A stretch of 64,000 nucleotides of DNA from Syntrophorhabdaceae bacterium (lineage in GTDB: Bacteria > Desulfobacterota > Syntrophorhabdia > Syntrophorhabdales > Syntrophorhabdaceae). Of the stretch, positions 35,316 through 45,271 are shown piece by piece. Where the stretch lies: NCBI GenBank assembly GCA_963665295.1, contig OY762209.1, forward strand, positions 4,416,001-4,480,000, in the 5' to 3' direction. The translations under genes and the position numbers were made by a program. Each line of letters begins with the position of its first letter. Position 1 is the stretch's first letter. A model generated the notes under the pieces. It was not told the DNA's origin and ran no database searches. It saw only the letters and a list, made by a program, of their open reading frames with translations.

Positions 35316-36269
35316 TCAGACCATGACCCTGATGACTGCCGCGGCAAGCAGAACGGCAGGGTAATAGCTGGCCCTGTTAAAAAGGTACAAGGCCCGGCAC
35401 CGGGCCCCCTCCTTTAGAAGGCGATACGCGGGCACTATGAGGAGATAGATCCCTGTGGCCAGCGACGCGCCAGTGTAAAAGACACGTCCCCCCTCATCCC
35501 GGCTGAAACCGGCGAGGACCCCGCTCAGAACCACGGTCATGAGAAGGCACGCAAAAACCATTGAAGCAGCGTGCGACGGCCTGAAGCATACCGGAATCGT
35601 TTTCGCCCGCATCGATCGGTCTTCCTCGATGTCGGTCCAGTCGGCAGGAATGTTCTGGCCGCCTATTTCCCAGAAAAAGAGCCACAGAAACAACATGACC
35701 AGAAATGTTATGGAGGGGTGGTGGTCCACTGCAAAAACCGCGGCTACGCCACCGGAAGTCTTCACCGCCCCGCTTACGAGGGTCCTCAGACAACTCGTTC
35801 TCCACATGAGACAATATGCCCCTTCGAGAAGACAGGCTACCACAAAAATAACGACACAGACCGGATTCAGAAGGTAGGCGCCTATAAGAGCGACGAATGT
35901 CCACGCTAATGCCCACGCCAACGCCTCCTTGAAGCTAAGAAGGTTGTAGGCCATGGGGTGCCGGACCAGGACGGCATCCAGATAGTCTTCTGTATCCTGA
36001 AATCCCCCTTGATCCCGCTTGAGTTTGTCCACACGATAGTCCATCAGGTCGTTCAGAGCATAGACTGCCGTATAACCCGCAAAGGCTGTTATGAAGCCCA
36101 ACAACACAGTTCTCAGAGGAGGGAACGCCCCGTACCAGAGCAGGGCCGCAAGGGCAGGCGTAGCCATATCCAGCAAACCATGAGGGGTTCTTGAAAGGGC
36201 AAAGAAAAGTCCTATGTGAGACAGGACCGAGTGATGTCTCTCTAAAGGCACTACGTTCACGATTCTCAC
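35316..36269 (-). CDS. UbiA prenyltransferase family protein
   Basis: NDLMDYRVD...HP and DWTDIEED...TIP aspartate motifs; TM helices. Confidence 0.88.
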   Translation of the reverse strand: MRIVNVVPLERHHSVLSHIGLFFALSRTPHGLLDMATPALAALLWYGAFPPLRTVLLGFITAFAGYTAVYALNDLMDYRVDKLKRDQGGFQDTEDYLDAVLVRHPMAYNLLSFKEALAWALAWTFVALIGAYLLNPVCVVIFVVACLLEGAYCLMWRTSCLRTLVSGAVKTSGGVAAVFAVDHHPSITFLVMLFLWLFFWEIGGQNIPADWTDIEEDRSMRAKTIPVCFRPSHAASMVFACLLMTVVLSGVLAGFSRDEGGRVFYTGASLATGIYLLIVPAYRLLKEGARCRALYLFNRASYYPAVLLAAAVIRVMV

Positions 36270-36388
36270 TCCCTGCTGAAGAGATCACAGGTCCTTCCGC
36301 ATAACCCCTATTCCTGGGGCCGGCGAAAGCGCTTATCCCGGCCCCCGCGCGGCTCACAGCCGACTGCCCGGGGTCAGACCTTAGCGAG

Positions 36389-36417
36389 AACATAAGAACT
36401 CCCATTTACCATGTCAA
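36389..36417 (-). promoter_or_regulatory. Putative sigma-70 promoter of the ubiA-like gene
   Basis: Minus strand TTGACA-N17-TATGTT. Confidence 0.5.
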
Positions 36418-36583
36418 GCAGGGGGTTGAGTGACAATTATCCATGATCGGGCCGGGACGAGAGGTGACGCGACAAGATCATCGTCTCTAAGTCCCGCCGG
36501 AACGGGACAGGGCACTTCGGGGGTGAGGTATCTTCACGACATTTCACCGGATATGGGATTAACCCGGGACTTCTCCCCGGTTA

Positions 36584-37540
36584 CTACTTATCACGCACCT
36601 TCTTCTCCCGGTTTTGGGCATAGGCGTCACGCATCGCCACATAGGGATCGATCGCCATACCTTTGAACGTCTCGTAATCTCCGATATGAAAGGAAGTGTC
36701 GTTTACCATGTAGTGAGCGTAAAGAATAACGCTCAGAGGGTTAATGAGTGAGTCTTTCGCGCTTTCCGGCCATATTACGTAGGCTGTGGGCACGAGATAC
36801 CAGTTTCCGACAAAACCTACTGAGTCCCGCGCGCTGTTGGGACCAAGGAAGGGCCATACGATATAGAAACCCTGTCCCACGCCATACTTTCCCAGAGTCT
36901 GACCGAAATCCGCATCGCGGCCGGTCACCCCGAAACACTCTTTCGCGCAATCCCTGAGACCGCCCACTCCCACGGTGGAGTTAATAACGAAACGGGCCAA
37001 TTCAAGTCCTGCGTACCCTGGCTTACCTTGCAGGAGGTTGTTCACAATGCGAATGGGCGCCCTGAGGTTTATATAAAAATTGTTGATAAGACCTCTTATG
37101 TCTTCGGGCAGGATATACCCGTAACCTTGAGCAACCGGCTTCAGCGCCCAGAAGTAAAGTTTGTCGTTAAAATGGTACATTGCCCTGTTCCAGGGCTCGA
37201 TGGGATCGGCGATGCGCGGCCCCTCTGCGGGCCCCGCTTCTTCCTCGGAGACATTTCCGAACTCGTCGGAAGGCTTCCCCCCCACATCTTTCTCCGTCAC
37301 GTCGCCGAATTCATCCGTGGGCTTCCCGCCTCCGGCAGCCTGAGCAAGTCTCGTCTCTGCCGCGGGCTGTTCGACTTGCGTGGATTCGGCGCCTTTCGTC
37401 ACCGCCGGACCCGGGCCGGTCTCTATCGCAGAGACTGCGGGAGGACTCCACAGGAGAGCAGACAACAAAAAGACCAGCGCTCCTCCTAAAAGTGTGGGTT
37501 TCCTCAGGTTCCGACGATGCAGGAGCCCACCACGGATCAT
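36584..37540 (-). CDS. mlaA: MlaA/VacJ family protein
   Basis: DPIEPWNR..FND, RFVINSTVGVGGL.D, DFGQTLG, P.LGP...RD, DPY..RDAY.Q.R. Confidence 0.92.
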   Translation of the reverse strand: MIRGGLLHRRNLRKPTLLGGALVFLLSALLWSPPAVSAIETGPGPAVTKGAESTQVEQPAAETRLAQAAGGGKPTDEFGDVTEKDVGGKPSDEFGNVSEEEAGPAEGPRIADPIEPWNRAMYHFNDKLYFWALKPVAQGYGYILPEDIRGLINNFYINLRAPIRIVNNLLQGKPGYAGLELARFVINSTVGVGGLRDCAKECFGVTGRDADFGQTLGKYGVGQGFYIVWPFLGPNSARDSVGFVGNWYLVPTAYVIWPESAKDSLINPLSVILYAHYMVNDTSFHIGDYETFKGMAIDPYVAMRDAYAQNREKKVRDK

Positions 37541-38130
37541 TTCTTTCCCACCTTCCTGCGCAAAGTATCGATCAGGGTAGCGGGGGGATTGTTTCCCAGT
37601 ATTTCACGAAATTGGGTACGGTAATTATTGATGAGGCTTACGCCTTCTATCACCACATCAAACACTTTCCAGTCGTTTTCCTTCTTCATTACCCTGTAGT
37701 AGATCGATACTTCGCTGCCCTTTGTGATCACCGTACTCTGGACCTCCACCTGGGTCTCGGTAATCGGCACCTCTTTGGTGAAATTGACCTGTTCGTTGGT
37801 GTAGGCGGTAATCTTATCAACATATGCGTCCTTGAGAATCTTCTTGTAAAGGTCGACGAATTCCTTTCTCTGTTCCGGGGTAAACTTGTTCCAGTTCATC
37901 CCCAGGGTCCTCTTTGAAAGTTCCACGAAGTCGAAAAGCTTCTCCGCAGCCGCCTCCACCCGTTGCTCCTTGACTTTCTTTCCGCTCTCGCCCTTAAGTT
38001 TGGGATCGCGCAGCACATCAAGCACGCCGTTTACGTTCACCTTCACCGTGTCGAGTGGGGTTCCGGCAAATGCAATCGCCGACATTATCAACAGGACAAA
38101 AATACTTGCAAGAATCGACCATTTCTTCAT
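37537..38130 (-). CDS. mlaC: MlaC/Ttg2D phospholipid-binding protein
   Basis: FDF....RTLG..W, WKVFDVVIEGVSLINNYRTQF. Confidence 0.93.
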   Translation of the reverse strand: MKKWSILASIFVLLIMSAIAFAGTPLDTVKVNVNGVLDVLRDPKLKGESGKKVKEQRVEAAAEKLFDFVELSKRTLGMNWNKFTPEQRKEFVDLYKKILKDAYVDKITAYTNEQVNFTKEVPITETQVEVQSTVITKGSEVSIYYRVMKKENDWKVFDVVIEGVSLINNYRTQFREILGNNPPATLIDTLRRKVGKK

Positions 38131-38149
38131 GAATCTGCTCCTTCCCCGA

Positions 38150-38635
38150 TCAGTTGGCGGGTTTTTCAGGGGATTTCCCCGGTTCTTTCTTCACGTCTCC
38201 AAAGGCAACCTTGCCTATAAGGTCTTCGATGTCGGTGGGCACGGATGTCTGAGTAATCATGGCGCCCGACTTCAGAAGGTCGCCCGCTCCGCCCGGGTCT
38301 ACCTTTACATACTTGTCGCCAATGAGACCTGCGGTCTTTATGGTTGCCGACCCGTCGTCATATACCTTCGTGCCCTTCTTGACCTGCATCTCCACGAGCG
38401 CCATCTGACGGTCCGTATCTATCCCGAGGCCGGTAACCCGGCCCACCTCGATGCCGTAAATATCTACGGAACTGCCGACCCTGAGACCCGAGACGGTGGC
38501 AAACCGGGCACGCAAAGGATAGGTATCCTCCCCGAATACGTGGAGCTTGCCCAGTTTCACCGCCATGTAGCCGACACAGAGAAGCCCGATCACAACAAAA
38601 ACGCCTACAGCCGTTTCCATGGAATATTTCTTCAT
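38150..38635 (-). CDS. mlaD: MlaD (MCE) protein
   Basis: ETAVGVFV, F..VSGL..G..V, IKTAGLIGDKY. Confidence 0.93.
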   Translation of the reverse strand: MKKYSMETAVGVFVVIGLLCVGYMAVKLGKLHVFGEDTYPLRARFATVSGLRVGSSVDIYGIEVGRVTGLGIDTDRQMALVEMQVKKGTKVYDDGSATIKTAGLIGDKYVKVDPGGAGDLLKSGAMITQTSVPTDIEDLIGKVAFGDVKKEPGKSPEKPAN

Positions 38636-39882
38636 TATTCATTACCTCCGAAATCACATCGGTGTCTCGCGATGATTTCCTGTTTAGTTTGAGCCTTCTC
38701 TATTATCTGATCGATCTCGTCACCGGCGGTAACTTCTATGATCCCGGCACGGATGTAGACATCGAAACAGACTGACGGGCCTATCCGGGCGCCCGCTATG
38801 CTGTGTATCCGGTCAAGGGCCTCCTCCTCGAGTTCCTCCGCGAAGCCGGCTACCAGTTGCCGCGCTTCCTGAGTATCCGTGTGAGGGAATATGGTGAGAA
38901 TCTGGTCTCTGCTGTGGCGGGTGGAGAAACCCCCGATGGGGCTGAAATGTCTGTTGGTGAACTCACCCAGGGCTCTCAGTACTTCCACCGCTACCTGGGG
39001 GCCGAGGGTCTCGTTCAACAGGTCGAATTCCACGCTGAAAAGTGCGGCGGAAACCGTAGGTTCGGTAGGCGCCGCCCCGAACATGGCTGCATGGTACACG
39101 CGGAACGACTCCCTCGAAAGAAGTCCGGTCAGTTCATCCTGAAACCCCTCCAGACTGCGCAGAAATTCATCAATGAGAGGCAGCTTGGCCTTAATGGCCT
39201 CCTCGTAGGTTCCCTCGAAACCGACGGAGCCTTCCCAGAGTATGACAAGTCGGTCCGAAATGAAAAAAATATCGGGTATGTCATGGCTGATTATTACCGC
39301 CGTGAAGCCGAACTTCCGCCTCGCATGGGCAATCATGCTCAGAATCATGTTCTTCCTGATAGGGTCCTGACCGGTAGTGGGCTCATCGAAGAGGACTATC
39401 TTCGGGTCGGTCACCAGGGCGCGGGCCAATGCCACTCGCTTCTGCATTCCGCCGGAAAGCTCGGAAGGGTACCTGTGGGACGCCTCGGAAAGCTCCAGGT
39501 CTTCGATCCTTTTCGACACCATGCTCTCTATTTCTTTCTTGCCGAGGGTCGTGGTTTGCCTGAGAGGAAGGGCGACATTCTCGAAGACCGTCATAGAGTC
39601 AAGGAGCGCATTGTTCTGGAAGAGATAGGCAATGGCACACCTGTACTCCTCGTTTTGCGTCTTGCTCATCTTGCGCACCGGAACTCCCTGAAAGAGAATC
39701 TCGCCTTCGTCCGGCTGAAGTAAGCCGATGATGTGTTTGAGGAATACGCTCTTTCCTGTGCCGCTCTTCCCTATTATCGTGGTAATCTGATTTTCATATA
39801 TCCTGACATTTACGTCCTTGAGTACGGTTTTACCGCCAAACCCTTTCGTGACGTTCCGGAATTCTATTAACGGCGTATCCAT
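38635..39882 (-). CDS. mlaF: MlaF ABC ATPase fused to a degenerate GGDEF-like domain
   Basis: GKSGTGKS, LSGGMQKR, FDEPTTG, SHD; C-terminal QDELTGLLSR...LNETLG...RHSRDQ. Confidence 0.85.
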   Translation of the reverse strand: MDTPLIEFRNVTKGFGGKTVLKDVNVRIYENQITTIIGKSGTGKSVFLKHIIGLLQPDEGEILFQGVPVRKMSKTQNEEYRCAIAYLFQNNALLDSMTVFENVALPLRQTTTLGKKEIESMVSKRIEDLELSEASHRYPSELSGGMQKRVALARALVTDPKIVLFDEPTTGQDPIRKNMILSMIAHARRKFGFTAVIISHDIPDIFFISDRLVILWEGSVGFEGTYEEAIKAKLPLIDEFLRSLEGFQDELTGLLSRESFRVYHAAMFGAAPTEPTVSAALFSVEFDLLNETLGPQVAVEVLRALGEFTNRHFSPIGGFSTRHSRDQILTIFPHTDTQEARQLVAGFAEELEEEALDRIHSIAGARIGPSVCFDVYIRAGIIEVTAGDEIDQIIEKAQTKQEIIARHRCDFGGNE

Positions 39883-39890
39883 CGTCGGCC

Positions 39891-40709
39891 TCACATAAGA
39901 AAAGAAGTTATTACATAATCGGCCACGAGAATCGTGACGCATGAAAGGACGACAGCGGAGATGGTCGCCAGTCCCACTGCCTTGGCGCCGAAGGTACCGG
40001 CCCGCAGGTGACAAAAGTAACCCTGGAAACAGCAAATACATGAAACGATTGCGGCAAATACAAGGGCCTTTATGAACCCGCCGCGGATGTCTACAATGTC
40101 CACTGACGACTGTACGCGGTAAAGGTAGGTCCCCCCATTCGTCCCCAGTAAGAATACGCCCGTAATGTACCCACCAAGTATCCCGATAAGATCGAAAAAG
40201 GCGGTAAGTAGAGGAAAGCTGATGATGGAAGCCGCTATCTTCGGACTCACAATATAGCGGATGGGATCGATCCGCATCGTATAGAGGGCATCAACCTGTT
40301 CCGACATCCGCAGTATCCCTATTTCTGCGGCCATGGCCGAACCCGCCCGGGCAGTGATCATAATGGCGGTGAGAACGGGCCCCAGTTCCCTGATAAGAGA
40401 GAGGGATATGGCCGACCCGAGGGCCCCCACGGAACCGAACTTTACAAGGACATAGAATAGCTGCAATCCAAGCACCATACCGGTGAACAACCCCACGAGC
40501 ATCACGATAAGTGACGAACCCGCGCCGATATGGTACACCTGGTTGATAATCTCGGCAAGCTGCTTTTTCCGGAAAATATTGATAAAACCCTGGAAAAAGA
40601 AGATACTCATGGCGCCCATATCGCCGACCTGGCGGATTACCTCCCTGCCTACCAAGCGGAAAAAGGGTATCACAGGATTGTTCCACTGCGGTAATCCGTT
40701 CTCCTTCAA
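39891..40709 (-). CDS. mlaE: MlaE permease
   Basis: RELGPVLTA....RAGSAMAAEIG.LR..EQVDAL. Confidence 0.93.
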   Translation of the reverse strand: MKENGLPQWNNPVIPFFRLVGREVIRQVGDMGAMSIFFFQGFINIFRKKQLAEIINQVYHIGAGSSLIVMLVGLFTGMVLGLQLFYVLVKFGSVGALGSAISLSLIRELGPVLTAIMITARAGSAMAAEIGILRMSEQVDALYTMRIDPIRYIVSPKIAASIISFPLLTAFFDLIGILGGYITGVFLLGTNGGTYLYRVQSSVDIVDIRGGFIKALVFAAIVSCICCFQGYFCHLRAGTFGAKAVGLATISAVVLSCVTILVADYVITSFLM

Positions 40710-40841
40710 ATCTTCCCCTCCGTTTATAGCTGCAATTAGAACTCCCGTCAGAATTCGTGTAGATATTCTAAGCTGGAGTTACCCCATTTAGTCAAGACAA
40801 AACAGTAGAGATCGCCCATAATCATCGCCATCCGGACCTTT

Positions 40842-41258
40842 CTACTCCCCAATTATCTTTATCAACACCCGCTTCTTCCGTCGTCCATCGAATTCGCCGT
40901 AAAAAATCTGTTCCCACGGCCCAAAGTCCAGCTTTCCATCCGTAACAGCTACCACCACTTCCCTCCCCATGACCGATCTTTTCAGATGGGCGTCCGCATT
41001 ATCTTCGCCCGTATTGTGTCTGTATTGCGAAATCGGCTCATGGGGCGCCAACCCCTCCAGCCATACTTCGAGGTCGTGAAACAAACCCCGTTCATCATCA
41101 TTAATGAACACGGAGGCCGTGATGTGCATTGCATTGACCAAAATCAGCCCCTCCTTTATCCCGCTTTCCCGGAGGCAGTCTTCCACCTCTCCTGTAATGT
41201 TTACGAACCCAAGTCTCGATGAAACATCAAACCACAATTCTTTCCGGTAACTTTTCAC
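40842..41258 (-). CDS. yjbQ: YjbQ/UPF0047 family protein
   Basis: [40 protein letters not shown] after GGAGGAG. Confidence 0.9.
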   Translation of the reverse strand: MKSYRKELWFDVSSRLGFVNITGEVEDCLRESGIKEGLILVNAMHITASVFINDDERGLFHDLEVWLEGLAPHEPISQYRHNTGEDNADAHLKRSVMGREVVVAVTDGKLDFGPWEQIFYGEFDGRRKKRVLIKIIGE

Positions 41259-41522
41259 TGTCTCCTCCATAAATGGGATGAAAAGAAAATAATACATAAC
41301 GGTCATATTCATCAAGTCTTCTCATTCGGTCCGGGTATATCTTTCCCACGACACCTTCCCAATGAGAAGGCCCCGACGCGTGCCGACTGGGGAACCCCCC
41401 TTGCATGAAAACGGCAGCATCACATCGGATCATGGACATTGCCCTTTCGGGTACATAGTTGCAGACCATTTTTCGTACGACCGTAACCCTTCTTCCGTTG
41501 GCCGGTCCCGGCGGCCTCCGCC

Positions 41523-41551
41523 TTGACATCAGCATTACAGGGACTTAATAT
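41523..41551 (+). promoter_or_regulatory. Putative sigma-70 promoter of the SOD gene
   Basis: TTGACA-N17-TAATAT. Confidence 0.6.
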
Positions 41552-41726
41552 CTCTTCAGCGACGGGACTTCGTCCGGCGCGTAAACACCTTGAGGGCGTC
41601 GAAATTTTGGGACTTAACAGACGGGAATTCATTACGGTAGGCGTCGTCGGACTGATCGCCTCCCAGGGGTGGGAGCCGCAGTCCATGGCCCAGCCGCATA
41701 CCGCAAAATTCAAAGGAGGAACCAGA

Positions 41727-42302
41727 ATGTACTCAGCCAAAGATTATTCCGGACTTATAGGCATGGAAGGCTTCAGCGAGACCCTTCTAAAGAACCATTT
41801 TACCCTTTATCAGGGATACGTTGCCAATTCGAACAAACTCCTCGACACACTTGCCCAGATGCTCAAGGAAGATAAGGTGGCAGCCCCGGAGTTTGCCGAG
41901 TTGAAAAGACGTCTCGGCTGGGAATTCAACGGCATGCGGCTCCATGAGTACTATTTCGGAAACCTGGGCGGAAAGGCCGCGATCACGAAGGCAGGTCCTC
42001 TTGCCAAGAAACTGGAAGACAATTTCGGAAGTTACGAGGCATGGGAAAAGGATTTCAAGGCTGTCGGCTCCATGCGGGGGATCGGATGGACCGTCCTCTA
42101 CCAGGACACGGCCGCCGACAGACTGATCAATTTCTGGATAAATGAACACGACGTGTCGCACCCGGCGGGATGCAACCCCTTACTCATACTCGACGTGTTC
42201 GAGCATGCGTTTATGATCGATTACGGGTTGAAAAGGGCGGACTACATCGCCGCTTTTTTCAGGAACGTCAACTGGGCAAGCGTTGAATCGAGACTGAAAT
42301 AA
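41727..42302 (+). CDS. Fe/Mn superoxide dismutase family protein (alternative upstream start 41607 adds a Tat-like signal)
   Basis: H..LY.GYV, LHEYYF, DVFEHA metal ligands; AAAGGAGG SD. Confidence 0.88.
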   Translation: MYSAKDYSGLIGMEGFSETLLKNHFTLYQGYVANSNKLLDTLAQMLKEDKVAAPEFAELKRRLGWEFNGMRLHEYYFGNLGGKAAITKAGPLAKKLEDNFGSYEAWEKDFKAVGSMRGIGWTVLYQDTAADRLINFWINEHDVSHPAGCNPLLILDVFEHAFMIDYGLKRADYIAAFFRNVNWASVESRLK

Positions 42303-42404
42303 GACCGTTTACAGCACCGTATTATCCGGGACTCGCGGAGGTTTCCGCGGTCCCGCCCTTCCAGGCGGGGACTCCATGAGCCCCCGTTCCACACAAATTT
42401 ATCC

Positions 42405-42467
42405 CTATAAACCTTTTCCGGGCGTTTCGATATGGAAGCCCGCCTCCCTGAAGATCGGCGCAAGATA
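42405..42467 (-). pseudogene. Detached original 3' end of the sugar-phosphate isomerase gene
   Basis: In frame after removing the IS: YLAPIFREAGFHIETPGKGL*. Confidence 0.75.
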
Positions 42468-42473
42468 TTTAAA

Positions 42474-44394
42474 CCGAAGTTCCCCCTGTGAAATCCCCCC
42501 AATATCACTCTATCCCGTTGAAATGACGGGAATAGGGTGATAATCATATCTTCTACTTGTTGCCATGTAATAGTGCATTATGTACTTGACATGTAGGTAA
42601 GATATTTGCTATATATGTTCCATGTACATCGAAAGCATCCCCAACCGCAACTCCCGGCCCGCCATCCTCTTGAGGGAGGCATGGAGGGAAGGCAAAAAGA
42701 TAAAGAAGAAGACAGTCGCAAACCTCACTGATTGGCCGGAAGAGAAGATCGAGCTCTTGAGGCGTGTATTGAAAGGGGAGTCTCTCGTCTCTCCGAAGGA
42801 AGCCTTTAAGGTTGAGCAGTCTCTCCCCCACGGCCATGTGGAGGCCATACTCGGGACAATAAAGAAGCTTGGCCTTGATACGGTCATTGCCTCGAAGCCT
42901 GGAAGGGAGAGAGACCTCGTAATCGCCATGATCGTGGAACGCCTCATCCACCCCTCATCGAAATTAGCAACTACGAGGCTCTGGCATACTACTTCGGTGG
43001 CGGAGGAACTCTCGGTTGCAGATGCCGATGAGGACGAACTCTATGATGCCCTGGACTGGCTTTTGGCAAGACAGGAGCGGATCGAGAAGAAGCTGGCGAA
43101 TAAGCACCTTACCGAGGGCTCGCTCGTGCTCTACGATGTGACGAGCAGTTACTACGAGGGCCACACCTGTCCCCTTGCGCAGTTCGGCCATGACCGGGAT
43201 GAAAAGGGAAAGAGGATCATCGTCTATGGAGTACTCACCGATCACGAAGGCCGACCTGTTGCAGTTACCGTCTATCCGGGGAATACGGGCGATCCCTCTA
43301 CCATTCCCGACCAGACGGCAAAGCTCAAAGAAAGATTCGGTCTCGATCACCTCGTCCTCGTGGGCGACAGGGGCATGCTTACGGAGACACAGATTACAAA
43401 GATAAAGGAGATGCCCGGCATAGGGTGGATATCGGCCCTCAGGTCTTCCGCCATACGCGAGCTTGTGGGACAGGGGAGCATCCAGATGTCCCTCTTCGAT
43501 ACCCAGGACTTTGCGGAAATCACCTCTCCCGAGTATCCGGGGGAAAGGCTCATCGCTTGCTTCAACCCCCTTCTTGCCGAAGAGAGAAAGAGGAAAAGAA
43601 ACGCGCTCCTCGATGTGACGGAAAAGAAGTTGTCCTCCATTGTACGGGCGGTCGGGAGAAGGACAAGGACGCCTCTTTCCGCAGCGGAGATAGGGAAGAA
43701 AGTCGGCGCGGTAGTCAACGATCACAAGATGGCGAAGCACTTTATCCTTACCATCGGAGACGGGTCCTTCTCATTCGCCCGGAACGAGGAGTCAATCACC
43801 GAAGAAGAAGCCCTCGACGGGATCTATGTGATCCGTACGAGTGAACCAGCCCTTCCTCCCGCCGATGTGGTACGGAACTACAAGAACCTTGCCCGGGTAG
43901 AGCGGGCCTTCAGGACCTTGAAGGGCATCGATCTTCTCGTCCGTCCCATTCACCACCGTACCGAGGATCACGTGCGAGCCCACATCTTTCTCTGCACCCT
44001 CGCCTATTACGTAGAGTGGCATATGAGGGAGGCCCTTACGCCGCTGCTCTTCGACGATGAGGAGCTTCCCCTCTCACGAACGACGAGAGACCCGGTAAAG
44101 CCCGCGGAGTCATCTTCTTCCGCAAAGAAAAAGAAGACCACCAAGCTCACCCCTGACGGCCTTCCCGTCCAGAGCTTCCGTACCCTCCTTGCCGCACTGG
44201 GGACCCGATGCAAAAACCGGTGCAGGATGGTTTTGGACTCCATGGCCCCGGCCTTCACCCTTCTTACTGATCCGACACCTCTCCAGGCCCGCGCCCTTGC
44301 CCTCCTCGGACTGTAGCCAGTAACGGGAAATCAATTTCTGCCATAATCATTGGAATATCAAGGTGATGGGTTAATATTGGGCGGGGAACTTCGG
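42474..44394 (+). mobile_element. IS1634-family insertion sequence
   Basis: 12-bp terminal inverted repeats CCGAAGTTCCCC / GGGGAACTTCGG flanked by TTTAAA on both sides (42468-73, 44395-400). Confidence 0.9.
42622..44316 (+). CDS. IS1634-family DDE transposase
   Basis: LYDVTSSYYEG, GN..D, VGDRG, YK.L..VERAFR..K, RPI.H...RAH. Confidence 0.93.
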   Translation: MYIESIPNRNSRPAILLREAWREGKKIKKKTVANLTDWPEEKIELLRRVLKGESLVSPKEAFKVEQSLPHGHVEAILGTIKKLGLDTVIASKPGRERDLVIAMIVERLIHPSSKLATTRLWHTTSVAEELSVADADEDELYDALDWLLARQERIEKKLANKHLTEGSLVLYDVTSSYYEGHTCPLAQFGHDRDEKGKRIIVYGVLTDHEGRPVAVTVYPGNTGDPSTIPDQTAKLKERFGLDHLVLVGDRGMLTETQITKIKEMPGIGWISALRSSAIRELVGQGSIQMSLFDTQDFAEITSPEYPGERLIACFNPLLAEERKRKRNALLDVTEKKLSSIVRAVGRRTRTPLSAAEIGKKVGAVVNDHKMAKHFILTIGDGSFSFARNEESITEEEALDGIYVIRTSEPALPPADVVRNYKNLARVERAFRTLKGIDLLVRPIHHRTEDHVRAHIFLCTLAYYVEWHMREALTPLLFDDEELPLSRTTRDPVKPAESSSSAKKKKTTKLTPDGLPVQSFRTLLAALGTRCKNRCRMVLDSMAPAFTLLTDPTPLQARALALLGL

Positions 44395-45195
44395 TTTAAA
44401 ACTTACCCGACCGGCCTCTTCAGGCATATCCACATAAGGATAGAGTTCCAGACTGATGTCCCCACTGTACCCCTCCTCGGACATGGCCTTCAGCATGGCG
44501 GGAAACGGGACTGATCCCAGTCCGGCAATCAGGTGGTTATGGACCCGGCTCGAAGCGATGTCTTCAAGGTGGACGTGGCCCACCCACTCAGACAACTCGC
44601 GGAAGGATTCCACCGGGTCTTCCCCCACACAGAAGAAATGACCCATATCGAAATTTAAGCCCACGGACGCGGACTTTACCTCCGCGATAAACGATTTGAA
44701 TTGAGAACTGTTCTCGATCAAGAGACCCGGTTCGGGCTCTACAAGGACCTTCACGCCCAGGGCCTCTGCCGCAGGGATCACCCGTTCGAGTCCTTCCCGG
44801 AATAAGGACAGCGCCCGGCCCCTCGAATCCCCGTTCAAAGGGCCCCCGGGAGGCACGGATATATTTCCGCAACCGAGGTACCTGGCTACTCTCAGACATT
44901 CCAGCGTGTGGCGGACGCGGACGTCACGCCTCGCTTTGTCTTCCTCGATCCACGAAGGGAGGTAGGTGTCCCCCACCGCGAAAAGCGTGAAGCTGTTCAG
45001 GTTGGTAATCCTGAGCCCCCGTTCATCGATAAGCCTCTTCAGGCGGGCGAGGTCCGCCTCCCCGAAGTCGGGCGGGTAGAGGTGGGGCCGGTCGCACATA
45101 ATCTCCACACCCCCAAACCCCAGAGAGGCAATTCTCTCCACCGATTCAAAAAGGTCGAACTTAACGAACGCGTTGGTACTGTATCCGAATCTCAT
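44371..45195 (-). CDS. Sugar-phosphate isomerase/epimerase (xylose-isomerase-like TIM barrel); C-terminus replaced by IS sequence
   Basis: GF.GVE, VEPEP, FDMGH, HVHLED, H...G.G, SLE. Confidence 0.85.
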   Translation of the reverse strand: MRFGYSTNAFVKFDLFESVERIASLGFGGVEIMCDRPHLYPPDFGEADLARLKRLIDERGLRITNLNSFTLFAVGDTYLPSWIEEDKARRDVRVRHTLECLRVARYLGCGNISVPPGGPLNGDSRGRALSLFREGLERVIPAAEALGVKVLVEPEPGLLIENSSQFKSFIAEVKSASVGLNFDMGHFFCVGEDPVESFRELSEWVGHVHLEDIASSRVHNHLIAGLGSVPFPAMLKAMSEEGYSGDISLELYPYVDMPEEAGRVSFKPKFPAQY

Positions 45196-45271
45196 GGTCT
45201 GCTCCTTTTCCGGCTTGCGAGGGTGCGTCTCCGTCGGTACGGCTCTACTCCGGTTTTCACGAGACTACCGG

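Noticed and set aside
41316..41520. TPP riboswitch upstream of yjbQ
   Set aside because: The CUGAGA and ACCUGA core elements were not found in the expected arrangement.
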